From an uncultured bacterium (GTDB lineage: Bacteria; Margulisbacteria; WOR-1; CAVSGV01), in NCBI GenBank assembly GCA_963699255.1, contig OY969425.1:150001-182000 (forward strand): a stretch of DNA of 32,000 nucleotides, written 5' to 3'. Shown piece after piece: positions 28,301 through 32,000 of the stretch (position 1 is its first letter; the number at the start of each line of letters is the position of its first letter). The translations under genes were made by a program, and so were the position numbers. The notes below the pieces were generated by a model. The model did no database searches, was not told the origin of the DNA, and saw only the letters and a list, made by a program, of their open reading frames with translations.

Positions 28301-30166
28301 GGACAGCGTGAGGTGGACAATCAGGCAGCCACATACGCCCTGAAGAGCGACGAGATCGAGGATGATTTTAGGACGAATCTATACAACGTTGAAATGGACA
28401 CCGTGGACTATGCTAAGGGGCTTACGAAGGAGCTGGCAAGAATGTGGAAGAACAGGAGAACAGAGGCTTACCAGAACACGCAGAGCTTCGCGAAGCAATT
28501 GGAGTCGATGAAATTGAGCAAGGCTCAGATGGACGCGCTTAACCAGGCATTTAAGAGCGACAGCGCTGAAGAATTCTTGAAGCAGCTGGCGTCAATAAAC
28601 GGGTTGAGCGATGCCCAGGTGAACGCGATAGAGCAAGCTTATGATAATTGCAAGCATGTTTCCGCCCTTGGCTCCTTTAAGGAAAGAATGGATGCATCAG
28701 CTGCGGTAGGGAAATTGGATCCGGCACAGAAGAAAGCGGTAATTGATGCGGCTAATAGCAGCACAAGCGTTAAAGACTTTGCGAAGAAATTGAACGCGAT
28801 ACAGGGATTAAGCTCTACTCAGAAGGACGCGTTAATTAACGCATTCGATCCGAAAATGAAGACCTTTGCGGACAAGATCGACGCGTCGCTGACGCTGAAT
28901 AATGATGATAAAAAGAGCGCGGTAAAGAATGCCTATGACCCGAACGTTAAGACCTGTATCAATAATGTATTAGCAATATCATCCCTGACCGATGCTGAAA
29001 AACTGACGGCGCTGCAGGCCATTGATCCGAAGATAAGTTCTTTTATAGACAATATGGGTCCGGCAGTGACCGATACCCAGAAGCTGTCCATAATGAAACA
29101 GTTCGATCCGAACGAGGTGGCTTTTAAGAAGAACGTTGATTCAATGGATGATATAACTCCGGTCCAAAAGAAGGATGTCATGAAGGCATTTCACATGGCA
29201 GTGATAGATAACAAAGACATAAAAAATCTGACCGATGCGGATAAGATAAAATCGATACAGGGCTTAAATCCGGCAATGAAGCATAAGATGGTCAAAGCTG
29301 TATATGACGCCCAGCATAAGGTCAGTCAGGCGAAAGATCTGATCAACCAAGCGAAGCAGCTGCCTTCCATCAATCAGGTGACGGGCGCCGGCACACAGGC
29401 GCAGTCCCAGGCGATCTCGACGCCGCCGGTGGCCCCGCAGGGAAAACAGTCAGCGAACACCTCCAATACACAGGCTATGCTGGATAAGCTCCTGAGCAGT
29501 TTTGATAAGAACATGCAGGAATTAAATGGTTTACAATCTCAGGTTGATAAGCTTAATGCCCAGACGACGGAAAAGCTGGACCCGAAAGAATTGTTGAAAA
29601 TACTTCAGCAGCAGTTGAAGGATGCGGGCGCGAAGATCGCCAACGAAAAGAAATTAATCGACACCATGAAGCAGGAGGTTGCAAAGACCCAGACAGCTCT
29701 TGCCACACAGGAACAGAACGTGCAAGAGGAAAGAGATAAACTTGTTAAAGCTATAAAGAAAGTGGATGATCAGATAAAAAAACTTGGTGAACTGGCCGCA
29801 AGATCCCCCGAGAATAAGAAGGTCATTGAAAATCAGTTGAACCAGTTGAATGACCAGCTTGAAGAAATGATGACATTATATAAATCGACGCAAGAAATGT
29901 ACGGTATTGCCCTGGGGACGGAAAAAGCCCTGGAGAATGAAATAAAGGATAAGGAAGGCAAGGTGGAGATACTTAAAGCGGAAGTTGTCAAGATCAAGGC
30001 GGATATAAACAATATACAGAAAGAGATCCTGGCGAAGAAAGCCGGCGGGGACAATAAGAATACGGCCAGCATCAATATCCAGACGCCGAAGATCACTTCA
30101 GAGACGCCAATGTTCAGCACAGGCGCTCCAACAGCCCCCAAAAAACAATACGCCTATACAGCATAG
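22304..30166 (+). CDS. Giant 2620-aa modular protein: N-terminal transglutaminase-like (bacterial papain-like) domain, repeated helical and hydrophobic modules, two ~29-aa repeat arrays, C-terminal coiled coil
   Basis: Single uninterrupted ORF, ATG after GGGGAG; GGGDCEDFANLAASLM (Cys172), GHVYVQY (His215), YLDP (Asp231); motifs and arrays described in findings. Confidence 0.93.
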   Translation: MPEINIQQVTDIPQTDATSDVAGGADVSAAYIASDVQTAPDVNASIGIDSVAVSSGVSTSQVGVGGAVEQEESSNYIQSDVETASQSGQLEYDMNSLAKINDSYKYIDPTASGIQSILANLYANGTINSGMSEEEVVLAINTYVFSNYSYIADTGDTWNSVSQTIKNGGGDCEDFANLAASLMTAALLDRGLSQEEINKKIDCVVVADPNTGLGHVYVQYTGDDGSIKYLDPVSARVTTSIDSSKVVLFSYSDENVDVIDENFDFSRLDTASYTIPADTATYIQVLPGEFQNYWESLLGMEDSAAHDNAIGIYQSLQDLINAVNAKYGSWDNGVTTTADLDTINAFLAKLDSNYIQDYDTVVKPFQDQYEAILTKLGVDTSPYNPDATAYSTAMLNYFTTMNTYIFAYCWHTTTYKEWSQSGKTMNGVSDDLIAIEYLKNGISTLEDFKAKHHDQIIETAADPTKGTAEVDWSNDYIYDNIYFKNPNGGNVCTVRQGLAAIQAYVSYVDATKTWNFMSLAYPGEARVAKYCGYADKYHTSFKTTNDYLASITSFLEQAEYGVGVLDKDLEELDSAIDVINADATVTDDQTNYNSADAKFNNCTDAAANDAVNLYWNGEADYLTSGNPDNSLLQVTDEKTRNANLEALYKQASSYDQGQMYAGSNQADVEAALEYYVEFKTADKALTEAKTTQATLRADFKAMYKNADGSEMSDADLDNVLNDYQSEYMSKDTDPSSTTYGYWEINQDASLFTEKIKEASMLKGYLTGISLIYEARRDLRKLVEEELEGEGDDYKAMEINKLFMKKVNKLTEYIQQTIVDVLSAINSLDQAKYDQDVSDINTKYDKKAEEIKKNDALKWYQFCEDDNTQEDLLKNDDARYGEINAADDKFKAVKEKQLNIVKHLLSETGMTVSGTTGDEIWASINKQINTSLDNMDNYSRATLNTSDDSQYREVDRNLVSSERASLLGVFGIQRMILIARQAGSDMRNLVHQEMTGIGGRQSRTDVAADMVSADSNMVMTWFDEAVSDIETITNLGNQIRYNEIQIEKNQKLIEKIDSQKSKRLWGHIFEALAFVAAVVAIWVPIVAVVAIAFGVVSAVLKASANKAVADEKAKLEKDYSYQVIKPTDPVFEKKLNAMSGLTDEQKKEILQNYDPNSTTFKGNLDKVSGLSAEQKDEILNAADPSRAAYEKTINADTSLTEKQKEALINAYDPNEEIFKKNLANLNASTSAPWYEFWKSDTPGLGLSDSQITMITDAYEGNTFMLSIDSSTILTEAQKKEIRNAYDKDRVTFESNLDSLGLSDDQISAVMKAYDEQTDNSANDKNYSDDNIINTALNSDNSTQDILWNMNDANYLSFMNDGHAGSYAGSSAFNTVKFASTLENIKANDLIVMVAESCRETMAEMRNLVHEEMTSIGGRSPSSMVTATMEAARGQEAFIANEMYMKLWDMNTSNNQRFERDQKLRLYQQMADEADVTFGLSFIPIVGGPVGDFYSNLSGMKDQRNQLEETSNEKFDANPDLEEADLNALVEDGLINTGNDTKGVNYEKVSNARTAVAKEFIKESVEATIKKTLHELRSIAHMEMTNIQSSTGTDFASQANIVNFTSALETISLVTQYLTQKAEIMNRVTEANQSISKLNKQITNYEIGGGIALAVAIVVSVFMPGGFDSVLAALDTLQLASSVGSFVLGVFSTINAWIEAKFAAQLAKDDMGDVAEYLEIQDMNNENIDSTQNRLEALEQNSINEINASLLQDLGSGYIGVNKALSSEFKTLIEQLYRAERSQSEIQQTLEALRNTVHEAMTGISGVSSNATMSILDMKEKAIKAKIDDMFSKLEEVATRWNQISDAQRAAEKARMQAWTTTLSTIIQGIIIAISLYSAFGKEPAAKDKVDAAQNDVDSAQTPDELDAAEGELRDAQADYQALQSRVALYTNVCLPAAEILIKLAMAFIEKDEMQGVQKTREEEVSNAGVTKVTKDAGETVKEGVAGAGLNGFAARGQAVAGQREVDNQAATYALKSDEIEDDFRTNLYNVEMDTVDYAKGLTKELARMWKNRRTEAYQNTQSFAKQLESMKLSKAQMDALNQAFKSDSAEEFLKQLASINGLSDAQVNAIEQAYDNCKHVSALGSFKERMDASAAVGKLDPAQKKAVIDAANSSTSVKDFAKKLNAIQGLSSTQKDALINAFDPKMKTFADKIDASLTLNNDDKKSAVKNAYDPNVKTCINNVLAISSLTDAEKLTALQAIDPKISSFIDNMGPAVTDTQKLSIMKQFDPNEVAFKKNVDSMDDITPVQKKDVMKAFHMAVIDNKDIKNLTDADKIKSIQGLNPAMKHKMVKAVYDAQHKVSQAKDLINQAKQLPSINQVTGAGTQAQSQAISTPPVAPQGKQSANTSNTQAMLDKLLSSFDKNMQELNGLQSQVDKLNAQTTEKLDPKELLKILQQQLKDAGAKIANEKKLIDTMKQEVAKTQTALATQEQNVQEERDKLVKAIKKVDDQIKKLGELAARSPENKKVIENQLNQLNDQLEEMMTLYKSTQEMYGIALGTEKALENEIKDKEGKVEILKAEVVKIKADINNIQKEILAKKAGGDNKNTASINIQTPKITSETPMFSTGAPTAPKKQYAYTA
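25678..26260 (+). repeat. First array of ~29-aa protein repeats (about 6 units) in the giant protein
   Basis: Units such as DPNSTTFKGNLDKVSGLSAEQKDEILNAA, DPSRAAYEKTINADTSLTEKQKEALINAY, DKDRVTFESNLDSLGLSDDQISAVMKAY. Confidence 0.85.
28556..29325 (+). repeat. Second array of ~29-aa protein repeats (about 8-9 units) in the giant protein
   Basis: Units such as DFAKKLNAIQGLSSTQKDALINAF, DPKMKTFADKIDASLTLNNDDKKSAVKNAY, DPNEVAFKKNVDSMDDITPVQKKDVMKAF. Confidence 0.85.
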
Positions 30167-30222
30167 GCCTGCAACCGCGAACATCAGCATTGTCTATCTC
30201 TTTAGGACCTGCAACAGAATCA

Positions 30223-30268
30223 CGGCAATCGTCGGTATCTAGTGTCGGCTCCACATGACAGATTGCCG
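30223..30268. repeat. Intergenic inverted repeat CGGCAATC ... GATTGCCG
   Basis: 8-nt arms at 30223-30230 and 30261-30268. Confidence 0.4.
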
Positions 30269-30321
30269 ATGAACCATACATATAATATGATCTCTTTTTG
30301 TGTTAAAATCCTGGATCAGCA

Positions 30322-31020
30322 ATGGGCAGAGTATTGACATATATTTATTCGGTGATCTTTTGGGCATATCTTCTGCTCTTCTTCACACTGGTGCCGCTCT
30401 TCGCCCTGCCGTTCTCCTTGATATTCGGGCTGAAGCGGTCTTTCAGGACTTTTTTCAAGATATTCGTCAAATTCGGGCTGTTCATTTTAGGCTGTTTTCC
30501 GTCCGTTGAGGGGCTTGAGAACATGCCCCGGGGCAAAAATGTCATCCTTGTATCAAATCACCCCAGCTTCATGGACCCGTTCCTTCTTAACGCGGCCCTG
30601 CCCGGGTTCTACAATTTCATAGTTTCAGCCAGATTGCTTGATAATCCTTATTCAATGGTGGCAATAAGGGGCGCAGGCCTTGTGGTGAAGCGCTACGGAC
30701 ATTCCCTGTATGGTTCAAGCGCGATGATCAGGACCGTGAAAGCCATAAATGCCGGCGACTCGTTCATTCTGTTCCCGTCCGAGCGCGCCATTCTAGGAGG
30801 CCGCATCGATAAGATAAACCCCGGCTTTTATAAGGTGATTGAGGATGCGAGTGCAGTCATCCTGCCTGTGTTCATCAAGCAGGAAATAAGGTTCACATTT
30901 ATACGGAAGCCGTTCAAGGCAAAAGTGGTCATCGGAAAGCCGCTGGATAAACATAATGTACTATATGTAAGAGACAACGCCATTAAACAGGCAGTAGAAT
31001 TTCTAGGGCAACAAGTGTAA
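30322..31020 (+). CDS. plsC: 1-acyl-sn-glycerol-3-phosphate acyltransferase family (PlsC-like)
   Basis: VSNHPSFMDPFLL (NHxxxxD), FPSERAILGG, N-terminal hydrophobic segment. Confidence 0.85.
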   Translation: MGRVLTYIYSVIFWAYLLLFFTLVPLFALPFSLIFGLKRSFRTFFKIFVKFGLFILGCFPSVEGLENMPRGKNVILVSNHPSFMDPFLLNAALPGFYNFIVSARLLDNPYSMVAIRGAGLVVKRYGHSLYGSSAMIRTVKAINAGDSFILFPSERAILGGRIDKINPGFYKVIEDASAVILPVFIKQEIRFTFIRKPFKAKVVIGKPLDKHNVLYVRDNAIKQAVEFLGQQV

Positions 31021-31035
31021 CCCGCCTGTGTCTAA

Positions 31036-31104
31036 AACCCCTTCTGTCCCTCGTTAATGCTCGGGACATCTCCCCCTTAGTAAGGGGGAGATACAGAGGG
31101 GGTT
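31036..31104. repeat. Nested palindromic intergenic element (MITE/REP-like)
   Basis: Outer arms AACCCCTTCTGT (31036-31047) / ACAGAGGGGGTT (31093-31104); inner perfect ATCTCCCCCTTA (31068-31079) - G - TAAGGGGGAGAT (31081-31092); small TGTCCC/GGGACA hairpin. Confidence 0.75.
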
Positions 31105-31178
31105 ATTAAGCCCTCTTATTCTTATTTATCCGCCTTATGCCGTTTGCTGAAAGCCTTATTCTACAAGCTAAATCCCAT

Positions 31179-31206
31179 GCAAGTTTTACCCCTCTTCTTA
31201 CGAATA
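31179..31206 (+). promoter_or_regulatory. Candidate sigma-28/sigma-D-like promoter (copy 5): GCAAGTTT-N12-TACGAATA
   Basis: CATGCAAGTTTT at 31176-31187; 29 nt from -10 start to ATG 31228. Confidence 0.52.
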
Positions 31207-31227
31207 ATACAGTGTAGGGGAGCTAAG

Positions 31228-31428
31228 ATGCCACAAAACGAAACTAATGGTGTACAACAGTCTCAAAATAAGCAACAGGAAAATCCTGCTGCGAAGAAAG
31301 TTATGGCAAATCAACCAAACAGAATGGCGAAGCCATCCGATGAGAGGTCGGATCAGCCGGACCTGAACATTACCGCACGGGTGGAACTTGAAGGCATGAA
31401 GCCGCCCATTGCCAACTGTATTGTCTGA
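31228..31428 (+). CDS. Small unknown protein (66 aa), Asn/Gln-rich N-terminus
   Basis: Track start 31144 lies upstream of the promoter-like element; ATG 31228 follows GGGGAG and gives MPQNETNGVQQSQNKQQENPAAKK... Confidence 0.55.
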   Translation: MPQNETNGVQQSQNKQQENPAAKKVMANQPNRMAKPSDERSDQPDLNITARVELEGMKPPIANCIV

Positions 31429-31442
31429 GGAGCACAAAAGCA

Positions 31443-31763
31443 ATGAACGCGATAACCGGCATAAATAAACAGATAAACCCCAACCAGGGTGTTGGGGTAA
31501 ATCCGACAACACAGCCCCAGAAGAGCGAGGGCAAAACGAATAATTCAGGCATAAATTTTAACAATGTATTTGAGATCGTGAGAAGGAGCCTTGACGGGGT
31601 TATGGTGGTGGCGGAGAACAACAGGACGGGCGGCGCTGATTTCAGGAAGGAAAAGCTGGAGATAGAGGAAAAGAGGAAGTTCAAGACCGACCTTGAAGAA
31701 GCCCAGGAGATACTGAACCAGATAGCAAAGGTCATGGAAAAGCACGGCAAAGCTGTAAAGTAA
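31443..31763 (+). CDS. Small unknown protein (106 aa), disordered N-terminus and helical C-terminus
   Basis: MNAITGINKQINPNQGVGVNPTTQPQKSEGK...; GAGGAG upstream; 14-nt gap from the preceding gene. Confidence 0.65.
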   Translation: MNAITGINKQINPNQGVGVNPTTQPQKSEGKTNNSGINFNNVFEIVRRSLDGVMVVAENNRTGGADFRKEKLEIEEKRKFKTDLEEAQEILNQIAKVMEKHGKAVK

Positions 31764-31771
31764 AATCGCAT

Positions 31772-31799
31772 GCAAGTTTTGTGCCGGTCGTTACGATAG
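31772..31799 (+). promoter_or_regulatory. Candidate sigma-28/sigma-D-like promoter (copy 6): GCAAGTTT-N12-TACGATAG
   Basis: CATGCAAGTTTT at 31769-31780; precedes ATG 31844. Confidence 0.52.
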
Positions 31800-31843
31800 A
31801 TATAGTGGAAGACAAAATTATAAAAATAAGGAGGTGAAATAAT

Positions 31844-32000
31844 ATGAGTTACGGAGCAGAATACGCGACCAAGAAAACGGGGGAAAATATATTAGACAAT
31901 GCTCTTACAGTGGCAGGTGACGGAGTCGATGACATCGCGCACGTTTTGGCCGATGTTGAAGCGAACGGCGGTAAGATCAATAACGGCAACGGCCAGTCAG
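31844..32000 (+). CDS. Start of an unknown CDS, truncated by the window edge
   Basis: Strong Shine-Dalgarno AAGGAGGTG then ATG; MSYGAEYATKKTGENILDNALTVAGDGVDDIAHVLADVEANGGKINNGNGQS... Confidence 0.65.
   Translation, partial: MSYGAEYATKKTGENILDNALTVAGDGVDDIAHVLADVEANGGKINNGNGQS

Noticed and set aside
31144-31227. N-terminal extension of the 31144..31428 ORF
   Set aside because: It would start upstream of and run through the promoter-like element; ATG 31228 with GGGGAG fits better.

Overview
The window reads as a bacterial chromosome segment, probably metagenomic or draft because two genes look single-nucleotide frameshifted. It splits into a conserved part (about 1.2-19.9 kb) and an unusual accessory part (about 20.0-32.0 kb). 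The conserved part has a minus-strand block (uracil-DNA glycosylase family 4, nitrilase-like amidohydrolase, DUF362/4Fe-4S protein, DEDDh exonuclease, pta, pmbA) and a plus-strand block (citramalate synthase, lysA, diadenylate cyclase, panB, tRNA-Arg(CCT), aroK, aroB, tyrS, ispF, pdxJ, rpiB, sugar-nucleotidyltransferase). The main observation is a repeated promoter-like element, (G/T)(C/G)AA(G/A)T.T - exactly 12 nt - (C/T/G)(C/T/A)CGATA-like, resembling sigma-28/sigma-D promoters. It occurs six times on the plus strand, and four copies lie at a nearly constant 26-31 nt before the start codon of genes of unknown function. These genes have no apparent Sec signal. They include a 2620-aa protein with a transglutaminase-like Cys/His/Asp triad, five copies of an 'RxLVHxEMTxIxG' module interleaved with hydrophobic segments, and two arrays of a ~29-aa repeat. 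Together they look like a candidate undescribed secreted or translocated multi-protein system under an alternative sigma factor. Separately, PdxJ is continuous in frame with an SLH-domain outer-membrane beta-barrel protein, with the signal-peptide start located inside the last PdxJ helix.
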